Positions 1 to 11,049 of a DNA stretch of 64,000 bases are shown one piece after another; positions within the stretch are counted from its first letter, which is position 1; each line of letters opens with the position of its first letter. The notes under the pieces are model-generated. The model did no database searches, was not told where the DNA came from, and saw only the letters and a list, made by a program, of their open reading frames with translations. Source of the stretch: Thermoanaerobaculia bacterium (GTDB taxonomy: Bacteria; Acidobacteriota; Thermoanaerobaculia; Multivoradales; Multivoraceae); NCBI GenBank assembly GCA_963664405.1, contig OY761158.1, forward strand, positions 3,968,001 through 4,032,000. The letters run 5' to 3'. Position numbers and translations under genes: made by a program.

Positions 1-1278
1 GTCGCAAACGAGGGTGGGCTCCTGGTCACCAGGACCTTGCTCATCGGCTACGTCCATAAGCAGGACGACCTGGGCAAAGAGCTGCTCGGTGGTACGCGCC
101 TGCATGCCTATGACAAGACCAGCGGCAAGCTTCTGGCGGAGCTCGAGGTCGCCGCCACTCTGCACAGTGCGCCGATGACCTATCTGCACCAGGGTCGTCA
201 GTACATCGTCATCGCGGGTGGCGACGCGAAAGGGAGGCAGAGTCCGGCGCAGAAGGCAGAGCTGTTGGCGTTCGCACTGCCCGCGGCCATCGCTCCAGTG
301 GTCTCTGCGGCGGAGCCTGTGGTCCGAGTGGAGCGACTCCTCGATCGACCCATCATCACGCCCGATCTGCATCCCTCGATCGGTGAGAATATCCAGGGCC
401 CCTCTGCGATCCGAGTGCCCGACTGGGTCGAGGATCGACTCGGCGACTACTATCTCTACTTCGCCGATCACAAAGGACTCTACATCCGGCTCGCCTACGC
501 CAATGAGCTCGAGGGGCCGTGGTCGATTCATCCACCGGGCAGTCTGCAGATCAAAGGTTCCCACTTCCTGACCGAGCCACCCGAAGTCGCGCCGGAAGTT
601 CTTGCCGAGATTGCCGCTCGGAGGCGCGGCAACATGTCTCACAGCGTGCTCACGGAGATCACGACCCCGCACATCGCATCTCCCGACGTCCACGTCGACT
701 CTGCGAAGCGACGGATTGTGATGTATTTCCACGGCTTGAATGATGTCGGAACCCAGCGAACACGAGTCGCCACATCGAGTAACGGTATCGACTTCAAAAC
801 CCAGCCCCAGACACTCGGGCGCAGTTACTTTCGGGTCTTCGATTACAAGGGCACGACCTACTCGCTGGTCAGCGGCGGTGTCCTCTGGCGTTCGAAGGAC
901 CGTTTTCGTGACTTCGAGTCGGGGCCGGACCTGTTCACGGGGAATCTGCGCCACGCAGCGCTGTTGAAGCGGGGCGACACCCTCTGGGTGTTTTATTCAC
1001 AGCGGGGCGACGCACCCGAGCGGATTCTGCTGAGTCGCATCGAGCTCTCCGCCGACTGGCTCGACTGGAAGGCCAGCGAAGCGGTCGAGGTGTTGAGGCC
1101 GGAGCACGATTGGGAAGGCGCCGATGCTCCAAGCGTCCCGTCGGTGGGTAGCACCGCCTACGGGCACGTGAATCAGCTGCGCGATCCGGCCATCCTCGAG
1201 GACGACGGGCGCATCTTCCTGTTCTATGCCGTGGCCGGAGAAAGCGGGATCGCACTTGCGGAAGTGTTCATCGATTGA
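1..1278 (+). CDS. 5'-truncated PQQ-dependent dehydrogenase C-terminus fused to a glycoside-hydrolase-like (GH43/32-type) beta-propeller domain
   Basis: Frame is open from base 1. LHAYDKTSGKLL..PMTYLHQGRQYIVIAGG..LLAFALP is the typical PQQ-DH C-terminus; it is followed by YYLYFADH, HIASPDVH and QLRDPAI propeller motifs. Confidence 0.7.
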   Translation, partial: VANEGGLLVTRTLLIGYVHKQDDLGKELLGGTRLHAYDKTSGKLLAELEVAATLHSAPMTYLHQGRQYIVIAGGDAKGRQSPAQKAELLAFALPAAIAPVVSAAEPVVRVERLLDRPIITPDLHPSIGENIQGPSAIRVPDWVEDRLGDYYLYFADHKGLYIRLAYANELEGPWSIHPPGSLQIKGSHFLTEPPEVAPEVLAEIAARRRGNMSHSVLTEITTPHIASPDVHVDSAKRRIVMYFHGLNDVGTQRTRVATSSNGIDFKTQPQTLGRSYFRVFDYKGTTYSLVSGGVLWRSKDRFRDFESGPDLFTGNLRHAALLKRGDTLWVFYSQRGDAPERILLSRIELSADWLDWKASEAVEVLRPEHDWEGADAPSVPSVGSTAYGHVNQLRDPAILEDDGRIFLFYAVAGESGIALAEVFID

Positions 1279-1707
1279 AGCCGGGACGGCAGTGCATGTA
1301 CTAACGAGGCTCGAGCCAGTTCCCGCCCTGCATCACTCGTGCGATCTTGCGCGTGTTGCCGATGTCGGCGACGAAGTCGCCGGGGGGACCTTGTGGATGG
1401 AGCTGCGCTATCCCTGGGAGGCTTCGCTGGACGAGCTGCTCGCACGCGTACGCAAGGGCCCGGCGCGCGGGTGAGGGTGAAGAGGCCAAGCGCCGAGGCC
1501 TCTCAGCGACCGGGCTGGCGAGATGAGCCCGGGTGGAGCAGGAGCCGCAGGTTGACGAGCCGTGTGAGCCAGTCCACCCAAGTGCTCAGAATAGGACGGG
1601 CTCAGTCTCCGGTGCTAGGGTGAGGTTGTGAGCCCCGTCGAGGAGCAGTACCGGCGAGAGATCGCGACCTGGTCCGGCGCCCGGCGTGTCGAGAGATGGG
1701 AGCGAGC

Positions 1708-1910
1708 TCACCCTCTCTTCATGAGTAGTCGTAAGGAGGCCTCTACCATACCGCGGTCTTCGGTGATGTTCGCGTCCTTGTCGGGATGCACCCGCAGATA
1801 CCAGGGATTCCACACCCACGGCTCGAGAAACGCCTCCGGATCACTCACCGTCGCTTCCCACTTGAGCACGTCGCCCATCCGCGTGTAGCGCTCGGTGGCC
1901 TCCATGCGAG
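1708..1910 (-). pseudogene. Fragment of a conserved hypothetical protein
   Basis: TERYTRMGDVLKWEATVSDPEAFLEPW resembles the C-terminal part of a recurrent secreted hypothetical family; no plausible 5' part present. Confidence 0.4.
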
Positions 1911-2034
1911 GCACGCCGGACGGAAAGCAGTGCATCTCCGGGTCTTCCTGGTTGCCGAATCCTGTCGTAGGACCGAGGCGAAACTGCTAGGATGTGTTGA
2001 CCAAGAACCGTATCGAGAGATGGAGGCAGGCACC

Positions 2035-3474
2035 ATGACGACCATGCGGAGTTCGTGCTGGACGCCAGTCGTGTTGCCAGCGTTGCTCACGTTGGCGGTT
2101 GCCACGCTGGTGGCGTTCCCCCTGCCTGCGGCCGGGCAGGTCGCGACGCAGGAACCGGTGACATACACCAAAGACATCGCACCGATTCTGCAGCGGAGCT
2201 GCCAGCACTGCCACAACCCTGACTCCGTCGCACCGATGTCATTGCTCACCTACGACGAGGTGCGCCCGTGGGTGAGGGCTATCAAATACCGAACCGGGCT
2301 GCGCAGCAAGCCAGAAGTGATGCCCCCGTGGTTCATCGAGAAGGACATCGGCATCGAGGACTACAACGGCGACATCTCCCTGAGCGAGGAAGAGATCGCG
2401 AAGATTGCCAGGTGGGCCGACAGCGGAGCCCCCCGCGGCAATCCGGCCGACCTGCCGCCGCCGATCAAGTTCGTTGGCGCACACGAATGGCAGATCGGCG
2501 AGCCGGACTTGATCATCTCGTCTCCCGAAGTGGAGGTCAGCGGCACGGCTCCCGACTGGTGGGGCCCGATCGGGCAGACACCGACAGGCTTGACCGAGGA
2601 CCGATACGTCGCGGTGATCGAGATGAAGGAAGTGAGCGACTTCGAGGGGACACCTGAGAGATATGGGATCGGTGGGCTCTATGTCATTCACCACGTCATC
2701 TACGACATGGTCGATGCCAACGGCGAACCGGACGACACGGCGGTCAGGGGGTGGCCTATCCACGAAGTGGGGCGCAACGCCCACTTCTTCCATCCGGAGG
2801 CAGGCAAGCTGCTGAAGGCCGGCTCGAAAATCAACTTCACCTCCGCCCATCTCCACTCGAACGGCAGACACATGCGGGCGCGGCTGGACATCGGCCTGAA
2901 GTTCCATCCGAAGGGGTATGAGCCGACGCTGAACATCCGGCGCTATCTCCCCGGCGTGCTCGACCTCGATATCCGGCCGATGGAGGCGAACCAGAAGTTC
3001 GAAGCGTTCATGACGCTCACGGAGCACGTGAAGATGACGGTGTTCGAGCCCCATATGCATGCCGCCGGGGTGAGAATGTGTATGGGCGCGATCTGGGGGA
3101 GCGTGGTCGAGACGCTCACGTGCGCCGGCTACAATCACAGCTGGGTCAGGGTCTATACGTATGCGGCCGACGCGGCGCCGCTGCTGCCGAAGGGCACGAT
3201 CTTGCGCATCACCGGCTATTTCGACAACACGCCGGCGAACAAGAACGTCTCCGACCCCAGAAACTGGTCCGGGTTGGGCCACCGCTCGATCGACAACATG
3301 ATGATCAACCTCGGGGAAGGCATCTCCCTGACCGACGAGGAGTACCAGCAAGAGCTGGCCGAGCGACGGGCGAAACTCCAGCTTGCCGAGGGGCAGATGG
3401 TGCCGGGCTGTCCACAGTGTGCCTACCGCTTGATTCCGAGTTTGACCGCCGACGACAGCCAGGACCAGCAGTAA
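2035..3474 (+). CDS. Secreted cytochrome c / copper type II (PHM/DBH-like) monooxygenase-fold protein
   Basis: GGAGG RBS before ATG 2035, signal peptide, CQHCH heme motif, HH, HLH, HMH and a late Met (DNMM) as candidate Cu ligands. Confidence 0.7.
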   Translation: MTTMRSSCWTPVVLPALLTLAVATLVAFPLPAAGQVATQEPVTYTKDIAPILQRSCQHCHNPDSVAPMSLLTYDEVRPWVRAIKYRTGLRSKPEVMPPWFIEKDIGIEDYNGDISLSEEEIAKIARWADSGAPRGNPADLPPPIKFVGAHEWQIGEPDLIISSPEVEVSGTAPDWWGPIGQTPTGLTEDRYVAVIEMKEVSDFEGTPERYGIGGLYVIHHVIYDMVDANGEPDDTAVRGWPIHEVGRNAHFFHPEAGKLLKAGSKINFTSAHLHSNGRHMRARLDIGLKFHPKGYEPTLNIRRYLPGVLDLDIRPMEANQKFEAFMTLTEHVKMTVFEPHMHAAGVRMCMGAIWGSVVETLTCAGYNHSWVRVYTYAADAAPLLPKGTILRITGYFDNTPANKNVSDPRNWSGLGHRSIDNMMINLGEGISLTDEEYQQELAERRAKLQLAEGQMVPGCPQCAYRLIPSLTADDSQDQQ

Positions 3475-3515
3475 CTGACCGCTTTGCGTGGAATGTGCCC
3501 TTCAGGAGGCAGACG

Positions 3516-4437
3516 ATGATGAGCGTAAGGCGTCTTCCGGGGCCCATCGTGACAGGCTGCGTTCTCGGTGTGATCATGGCTGCGGTGTTGGCAACGCAGT
3601 CGCGGACCAGCGCCCAGGTGGCGCAGGCGACCGGTCAGAATATCGCAGCGGTGTACGAAGGGTGGGAGCAGAATCCCGACGGGTCGTACAATCTCCTGTT
3701 CGGGTACTTCAACCGGAACTGGGAGGAGGAGATCGACGTGGCGATCGGCCCGGACAACGCGATCGAGCCGGGCGGACCCGATCAGGGACAGCCGACTCAC
3801 TTTCAGCCGAGACGCAATCGGTTCGTCTTCAAGGTTCGCGTCCCCGAAGACTTCGGCGACAGAGAGGTGGTGTGGACGCTCACCAGTCACGGGAAGACCG
3901 AGCGGGCGTACGCGACGCTCCACCCCGATTACTCCGTCGATGACCAAGTGATCATGAACAACAACGGCGCGGGCGGCGGCGGCGGGGGCGCGTACAACGT
4001 TTTGGGGAACAAACCGCCCGTGCTCGAAGGTGGAGAGCGACAAGATCCGATCCGTCAAGGTGGGGCAACCGGTCACGTTGACCACGTTCGCCAGTGATGA
4101 TGGGGTGCCGAAGCGGCGAGCCATGAAGCCGCCCCGTGTCGGCACCCGTCGCGAAGTGACCCCCAACAGCGCGAGCGGGCTGCGCCTCTCCTGGTTCGTG
4201 TACCGAGGCGCCGCCAAGGTAACCTTCGATCCAGCGCAGATCAAGGTCTGGGAGGACCACAGAGACGGTGCCAACTCGGCGTGGTCCGCGGGCTGGGGAC
4301 CACCGCCGGTGCCTCCGGACGGCAAGTGGGTCAGCCGGGCGACGTTCAGCGACCCCGGCACCTACGTGCTGCGGTGTCTCGCCCATGACGGCGGCCTCAT
4401 GACGCACGAGGATGTGACCTTCGTGGTCAACCGTTAG
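3516..4437 (+). CDS. Secreted hypothetical protein with a +1 frameshift near 4029 (Ig/PKD-like C-terminal half)
   Basis: AGGAGG RBS. ORF 3078-4097 (from MMSVRR) continues in ORF 4030-4437 if one G is removed from gaaggtggag. Confidence 0.65.
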
Positions 4438-4512
4438 AGCCGGGAGCCCGGGAGCGGTAACCTCCCAGGCCACCCGGCTCGATATGGGCGACACGACGCC
4501 TTCTGACGCCCG

Positions 4513-4972
4513 CTACCTCGACACCAGGTAGGTCATCTTGACGGCCAGCTGCCGATTCCGCAGCCACGGCACACCGGGCACGTCCATGCGCAGCTCGTCG
4601 TAAGCGACGTAGATGTCACTTCCCGGGCTGTAGATCCAGTTGAACCGGACGCTCGTGCTCACCCCAGACGTCGAGGAGTTGTACTGCGACAAGGTGCGCA
4701 GGGTCATCCGCGGCGACAGCGCCAGATCGAAGCGGAGCAATGCAAGGTCGGCGACGAACGCGCCCCCCGGCAGCTCGACGTCGCTCCGCAGGAACGCCGC
4801 CTCGGCCGCGACCGAGCTCGTCGCCCGCAACCCGATGGTCGCCTCGATGTCGATCCGCGTGCCGTCGAAGAACGTCTGGGGGGAGTAGCGAAGCCGGCTA
4901 TAGACGCGGCGCGATGGATCACTGGTGTACCGAAAGTTCCATTCGCCGAAGCGATAGGTGCTCGATGCAGAG
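4513..4972 (-). pseudogene. 3' fragment of an outer-membrane beta-barrel protein (DUF5916-like)
   Basis: SQYNS..SVRFNWIYSPGSDIYVAYDE..RQLAVKMTYL C-terminus; the 5' part is replaced by an AT-rich segment. Confidence 0.6.
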
Positions 4973-5420
4973 CCGTTTTTAACTTCCATAACCTTCTCCA
5001 AGTTGATAAGACATTTTTTGAAATAATGTATGATTATACTTTGTATCTGTTCTATGTAAGTAAAGCGACTGCCTTTGAATTTGAGCTCCCAATTCTTCCC
5101 AGTCTTCATTTGAATTCGGGATAAAGATTTTTAGAAATTTTCCATTGAGCTGGTAGGCTCTAAGGGTCTGGGGGTATAAATCAGGAGCCTGTTTGAAATC
5201 TAAAGTTTCAACCACCGGTACTACAAAAGTGTAGTCCGGGCATTCACCATTCACTTTAAAACCAGACCTGAATTTATCCCAATCTCCCTTTGGCCAGGCA
5301 TCTTTACTCCAGTCCGTCAGTTTATTCAGGACTTCACAATTAACACCCAGCTCTGCCATTAAGGGAATCAATCGATATAAATGATCTGCATGACGCTGTG
5401 GACTACTTACAAAGCCAATG
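4973..5420. other. AT-rich foreign segment with a broken minus-strand reading frame
   Basis: Abrupt drop in GC content relative to both flanks; ORF 4979-5371 is of unknown family. Confidence 0.75.
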
Positions 5421-5471
5421 AGCCTGACTCCTGAATCCTTGCTCCAGTCGCCTTTCCTTCGCGAAGATGCT

Positions 5472-5740
5472 CTAACGTCGATTGATCAGCACGAGTCCCG
5501 TTCCAACCAGGCTGAGCGCGAGCAGGAACCGCCAGGTCAGCAGGTCGTCGAAGATCAGCCACCCAAAGAAGACGCCAAAGATCGGCGCGAGCAAACTAAA
5601 TGAGGACATGTTACTGACGGAATAGATCCGTAATATCCATAGCCACATCAGAAAACCAAAGCCGGCGATCGCGACCACCTGAAACGAAAAGACACCGACG
5701 ATCAGCGGCGTGACCTCGCGGACGGTATCGCCAGCCAGCG
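5472..5740 (-). pseudogene. 3' fragment of a DMT/EamA family transporter
   Basis: GFLMWLWILRIYSVSNMSSFSLLAPIFGVFFGWLIFDD..LVGTGLVLINRR; 5' end lost at the IS91 remnant. Confidence 0.7.
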
Positions 5741-6770
5741 GTGCTAGCGAGAGGAGAACAACTGCGTTTCGAGCCGACCTTCGGCTACCTTCGCAGCGTG
5801 GTCGCAAGGGTGGTGTACCGGTACTTGGACTGCGGCCTTCTCGAACAGGGCTTCGCCCGCCTCAAGTGCGAGGGATGCGGTCAGAGCGCAATCGTCGCGT
5901 TCTCCTGCAAACAGCGCTGCGTATGCCCCTCATGCCACCAGAAGCGAGAGCTTCTGTGGGCTGAGGGGGCCGGTGAAGAGCTGCTCGAGGACGTGCCTCA
6001 CCGCCAGGTCGTCTTCACGATCCCCAAACGGCTCCGCATCTTCTTCCGCTACGACCGCAAGCTGCTCGGAGAGCTGGCGAGTTGCGCCTGGCGAGCCCTT
6101 CGGCTTTACCTGGTCGCTTCATTCGACCGCGGAGACATGGTCCCAGGAGGGATCGGCTTCATCCAGACGTCCGGGGAGCTGTTGCGATTTCACCCACATA
6201 TCCACGTCCTGATGGCCGATGGCGCCGGGCTCCCTGACGGGACCTTTCGACACCTTCTCTACTTCGACGCTGAGAAGGTGGAGCGCCTCTTCCGAGCCGA
6301 GGTGCTCAGGATGCTGCTCGAGAAGGGACGGATCGACGCTGACACGGTGGACAACATGCTCTCCTGGCCGCACAGCGGCTTGTGGACCCACGGCTCGGTG
6401 CGGGCTGAGGACCTTGTTGGCGGGAATCCAGGCGGAACCCCAAGAGCCGGAGCCCCTCGCTCACTCACCGCCAGCCCCCGAGCTGGTCTATGAGCCTGTC
6501 TGAGACACCCATCCCTGCCGACACAAAGAGCGCCTGACGCTCCCGGGGGACCCTCGACTCCTCTGGCCCCCCTCCGGGGACTCCCGGGGGGCCCCGCTGC
6601 CGCGCACGCCCCCAAGCACTCTCGCGACCCACCTGCCGCCAGGCCCGCGCACTCTAATCCCGCTGTCGAGCCACCGAGAAGTGACCCCCAGGACCTCCAG
6701 CTCTCGCCCAGGCCTCCGAAAACCCTCATGCTCCTCATGCTCCTCATGCTCAGAAAAGCGATTTCCTACC
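5741..6770 (+). mobile_element. Degenerate IS91-family (rolling-circle) element; transposase 5'-truncated and internally deleted
   Basis: Zn-binding CEGC..SCKQRCVCPSC, HRQVVFTIPK and HPHIH (HUH) motifs. C-terminal HSPP..ELVYEPV lies in another frame. oriIS-like aaaagcgatttcctacc at ~6754-6770. Confidence 0.8.
6724..6750. repeat. 9-bp tandem repeat (cctcatgct)x3
   Basis: Read directly from the sequence. Confidence 0.9.
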
Positions 6771-6851
6771 CGTACCCCCCCGCGCTTCGTCGCAGGACCT
6801 ACTGATAGAGTCCCGCCTCACAAAGTCAACAGAAAGCATCGGAGTACCTCC

Positions 6852-8657
6852 ATGGAGAGCGTCGTAAAACCGCTCGTGTCCCGATTGACGGCTCTCGTCG
6901 TCGCTTTCGTCACCTTGTGCTGTGCGTCACTGGTGACTGCCGAAGTGCCGTCGTCACGCGACTTCACACCGGTTACCGACGCCATGCTCCAGGATCCGGC
7001 GCCGGGGGACTGGCTGATGTTCCGCCGCACCCTCGACAGCTGGGGCTACAGCCCACTGGATGAGATCCACCGGGAGAACGTGGATGAGCTGCGCATGGTC
7101 TGGTCGCGCGCCCTGACCGAGAACACCGGAGAGGCGACGCCGCTGGCATACGCCGGAGTCCTCTATGTTCCCAACACAAACGATGTCATTCAGGCGATCG
7201 ATGCCATAACCGGCGACCTCATCTGGGAGTACCGGCGCGACCTGCCGGATGATCTCTATGGCTATGTCGGGGGCAACGCCGCCAACAACCGGAACATCGC
7301 CATCTACGACCGACTGATCATCAACACCAGCGACGACAACTACGCTTTCGCTCTCGATGCGGTGACCGGCGAGATCGTTTGGGAAACGAAGATCCACGAC
7401 TACAAGATCAACCCGGCCACCCACAGCTCGGGACCGATCATCGCCGATGGCAAGGCGGTCTCTGGACGGAGCTGCCGACCGTGGGGCGGGCCGGACGCCT
7501 GCGTCATGATCGCCCACGACGCGCGTACCGGAAAGGAACTGTGGCGGAGACGCACGATGCCGGCTCCGGGAGAGCCCGGTGACGAGACCTGGGGCGACGT
7601 CCCGGATGAGAAGCGACAGCACGTCGGCACGTGGGGGGTGCCGAGCTACGACCCCGAGCTGAAACTGCTCTACTTCGGCACCGGGGTCACCTCGCCGGCG
7701 CCGAAGTTCCTGCTCGGCGGCATCGAGAAGACACACCTCTACCACAACTCGACGCTTGCGCTCGATGCCGAGTCGGGCAAGCTCGAGTGGTACTACCAGC
7801 ATATGAACGACCACTGGGACCTGGACCATCCCTTCGAGCGCATCCTCGTCGATACGGTGGTTAAACCCGACCCCGAAGCTGTGCGCTGGATCAAGCCGGG
7901 GCTCAAAGCGGGAGAAGTCCGCAAAGTGATGACCGGTATTCCGGGCAAGACCGGACTGGTCTACACCCTCGACCGCGAGACCGGCGAGTTCCTGTGGGCG
8001 ACGCCGACCGTCCCCCAGAACGTGATCGAGCACATCGACGGCGCCACCGGCAAAGCGACCGAGAATAGAGAGCTCATCTTCACTGAGCTCGAGCAGGAAA
8101 TGCTTGTGTGCCCCTCCTGGGCGGGCGGGAAGGACTGGGAGGCCGGCGCCTACAGCCCCCTGACCAAGATGATGTACTTTCCACTGCGCCAAGCCTGCGC
8201 CAGCATGTTGGTAACTGGCAACCTCGACAGCCCGCGGGCGCAAGCCATGGCGCAGAGAGTCTCCACCTACTCGCTCGCGGCCAACCACATGCTGGCACCA
8301 GGTACCGACCAGCTCGGAACCGTGCGCGCGATCTCGGTGGAGACCGGCACGACGAAATGGCTGTGGGAAACGCGACCCGCAACCTTCTCGCTCGTGGCCA
8401 CCGGCGGCGGGCTCGTCTTCGGTGGTGACGAGAACGGGCGCTTCAGGGCCTTCGACGACGAGACCGGCGAGGTGCTGTGGGAGATCAATCTCGGATCTCC
8501 GGTCATGGGCTTCCCGATCACCTATGCCGTCGACGGACAACAGTATGTAGCCGTCTCGACCGGCCCGGGCAGAACGACCAATCTCCGCATGACACCCGAC
8601 CTCCACCCGAGCCGCGGCAGCAATCTTTTCGTGTTTGCACTCCCCCGCCGAAACTGA
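6852..8657 (+). CDS. PQQ-dependent (quinoprotein) alcohol dehydrogenase-like beta-propeller
   Basis: Signal peptide, DWLMFRRT..YSPLDEI, repeated DAxTGxxxW motifs, NDHWDLD, GKTG, ITYAVDGQQYVAV, FVFALP. Confidence 0.9.
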   Translation: MESVVKPLVSRLTALVVAFVTLCCASLVTAEVPSSRDFTPVTDAMLQDPAPGDWLMFRRTLDSWGYSPLDEIHRENVDELRMVWSRALTENTGEATPLAYAGVLYVPNTNDVIQAIDAITGDLIWEYRRDLPDDLYGYVGGNAANNRNIAIYDRLIINTSDDNYAFALDAVTGEIVWETKIHDYKINPATHSSGPIIADGKAVSGRSCRPWGGPDACVMIAHDARTGKELWRRRTMPAPGEPGDETWGDVPDEKRQHVGTWGVPSYDPELKLLYFGTGVTSPAPKFLLGGIEKTHLYHNSTLALDAESGKLEWYYQHMNDHWDLDHPFERILVDTVVKPDPEAVRWIKPGLKAGEVRKVMTGIPGKTGLVYTLDRETGEFLWATPTVPQNVIEHIDGATGKATENRELIFTELEQEMLVCPSWAGGKDWEAGAYSPLTKMMYFPLRQACASMLVTGNLDSPRAQAMAQRVSTYSLAANHMLAPGTDQLGTVRAISVETGTTKWLWETRPATFSLVATGGGLVFGGDENGRFRAFDDETGEVLWEINLGSPVMGFPITYAVDGQQYVAVSTGPGRTTNLRMTPDLHPSRGSNLFVFALPRRN

Positions 8658-8673
8658 ATCACGCGTCATCCCA

Positions 8674-9388
8674 GTGATCTACTTCCACCGAGGGCTCGTG
8701 CACAGATCATTGACTGGCCTCATCTTCATCGCACTCGCGTGTGGGCACCTTGCCTGCACCGAACCTCCCGAGCAAGTGCCCTCGCCGACCTCGGGCACGC
8801 CCGCAGCCGAGCGGCCGAACTTCGTCATCATCTTTGCCGACGATCAGGGCTATGGCGACCTGGGGGCCAGGGATCATTCCGCCGGGACGAGTGACCTCCG
8901 AGGTCGCAACCACCATGGATCTCCTACCCACCTTCATCACCATGGCTGGCGCTTCCCTGCCCGACGACCGCACCCTCGACGGCCATGACATCTCACCGCT
9001 CTTGTTGGGCGAACCTGACGCCGAGAGCCCGTACGAGGCCTTCTACTATCACACCGAGACCCATCTCGATGCGGTGCGCAGCGGGCCGTGGAAGCTCGTC
9101 TTCCCGCGCCCCGGTCGTGACGATGCCGAGTGGCTCGTGTCGAAGAGCGGGAACTTCCTCGGCGAGATTCTGCGGCCGGTAGAGGAGCTCGAGCTCTACA
9201 ACCTGGAAGACGATATCGGCGAGAGTCACAACCTGCGAGACCTCCATCCCGAAGTGGTGGCTCGTCTCGAGAGACTGGCGGAATCGGCCCGGCAGGAATT
9301 GGGCGACTACGACCGCATCGGCAAGGGGGTGCGGTTTTTCGAAGATGGGCCTAGGTGGCCGCGGCGACAGAAGTGGATCACCCACTAG
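8674..9388 (+). pseudogene. Sulfatase with a large internal deletion
   Basis: RPNFVIIFADDQGYGDLG joins directly, out of frame, to WGPGIIPPG..MDLLPTF..AVRSGPWKL..ELYNLEDDIGE; the CxPxR catalytic region is absent. Confidence 0.85.
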
Positions 9389-9600
9389 GGGAGCGCGAAG
9401 GCCACGAGCTGCGCTTTCTCTGTCTGGTCGCCGAAAAGCGCCCTCGAAGTACCAGACCCGCCGCCGGCCGGCACGACGATGTACTGGCGGCCCTGGTGCA
9501 TGTAGGTCATCGGCACCCCGTGTAGGGTGGCCTCCGTCTCCACCTCCGCCAGCACCCTGCCGGTCGCTTTGTCGTAGGCCTGAAGGATGCTGCCGCTTGC
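9385..9600 (-). pseudogene. 3' fragment of a PQQ dehydrogenase paralogous to the gene at 1-1278
   Basis: Hand translation: ILQAYDKATGRVLAEVETEATLHGVPMTYMHQGRQYIVVPAGG..EKAQLVAFALP*. Confidence 0.75.
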
Positions 9601-10044
9601 CCGACGGGTGTCACGGCGGACGACATTCGATTCGTCGCGTCAAACGGCACTGTTCCCGGTCTTGGATGTCAGGGGTTTGGGCCCCCAATGGCGAGCGGCC
9701 CCGTGACGGTGCGTGGGAAGAACCGAGCCCTCCCCCTAAAGGCGGAAATCTTCGACGATGGCTTTGAAATTGAGGGTGGAGACATTGTCGCCCCACCCGT
9801 GATCCAGGTCCTCTTTGATTCCGGTGTCGGCGGAGCGCTCGACGTGACCGGTGAAGCCCTGCCCTCTGGTCAGGGAACCGACGGCAACCAGTTTGAATTC
9901 ACGACAAGCGGAATCTGGCAGTTCAACCTGAAGACGAAGAATCACACCGCGGCGGGTACCTATACGGTCACGATGGAGTCAGGCGACGATGCCGAGTACG
10001 GCATCGGAACCTGTCAAGAACTTTGAGACACCTTGAGTCATAAA

Positions 10045-11049
10045 TTAGTGAAGGTCCTCTTCGGTCGAGGCCGGCGGATCCTCAGGCCGGTTGATATAAA
10101 CGGTTCCAGGTAAAGGCGCGACGATGGGTCGCCCTCGGAGGAAGCGTTCTGGGTGAGTTTGGAAGGCGCCATCGAGCGCGACTTGCCGTGCGGCAAGGAC
10201 CTGCTCCGCTCGACCGTGGTGGACGCCGTGCGGCGTCAGGTGGGCGATCCCACCGTGGCGGTGCTCGGTGTTGTACCAAGGGAAGAAGGTCCTGCAGAAA
10301 GCCTGGGCGGCCTCCTGGCTGGCGAATCGGGAGGGGAAGCTCGGGTGGTACTTGAGGGTCTTGAACTGGGCCTCGGAAAAGGGGTTGTCGTCACAGACCT
10401 GGGGCCGGCTGAGCGACTGAGTGAGTCCCAGATCGGCGAGCAGCTGAGCCGTGCACTTGGCGGTCATCGGGGAGCCCCGATCGCTGTGCAGGGTGAGCAC
10501 CTCAGGTTTGACGTCGTGCTTGCAGCAGGTCTCCTCGATGAGGCGACCGGCGAGATTGGCGTTCTCGCGGGGCGCGAGCATCCAGCCGACGACGTAGCGG
10601 CTGAAGATGTCGAGCAGGACGTAGAGGTAGTAGTAGCTCCACTTCTCAGGACCCCGCAATCGGGTGATATCCCAGGACCAGACTTGGTTGGGGGCGGCCG
10701 CCACCAGCTCCGGCTTGGTGTAGTCGGGGTGGCGAAGCTGGTTACGCCGTTCGCGCACCGGCGCTCGCGCAGCGAGGATGCGGTACATGGTCCTCTCCGA
10801 GCAGAGGTAGCGTTGCTCGTCCAGGAGCGTGGCGACGACCTCGGCGGGGGCACGGTCGACAAAGCGAGGCGAGTCCAGGACGCCCAGGACGGCTTGGCGC
10901 TCGTCCTCGCTCAGAGCCCGGGCAGGTGTTGGCCGGGGCTGCGGCCCGGTAGATGGCTTCCGACGACGGTACAGGGTCGCCCGTGCCACGCCGAGAGCGA
11001 CACAGGACGGCTTGACGCCGACCTGCAGCGCCAATTCGGCTGCGGCCAT
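10045..11049 (-). CDS. DDE transposase OrfB (rve integrase core)
   Basis: PNQVWSWDIT, LDIFSRYVVGW, LHSDRGS, DNPFSEAQFKTLK, WYNTEHRH. Confidence 0.95.
   Translation of the reverse strand: MAAAELALQVGVKPSCVALGVARATLYRRRKPSTGPQPRPTPARALSEDERQAVLGVLDSPRFVDRAPAEVVATLLDEQRYLCSERTMYRILAARAPVRERRNQLRHPDYTKPELVAAAPNQVWSWDITRLRGPEKWSYYYLYVLLDIFSRYVVGWMLAPRENANLAGRLIEETCCKHDVKPEVLTLHSDRGSPMTAKCTAQLLADLGLTQSLSRPQVCDDNPFSEAQFKTLKYHPSFPSRFASQEAAQAFCRTFFPWYNTEHRHGGIAHLTPHGVHHGRAEQVLAARQVALDGAFQTHPERFLRGRPIVAPLPGTVYINRPEDPPASTEEDLH

Noticed and set aside
4513-5109. Single 198-aa protein
   Set aside because: The ORF is a chance fusion of the AT-rich insert and a beta-barrel fragment
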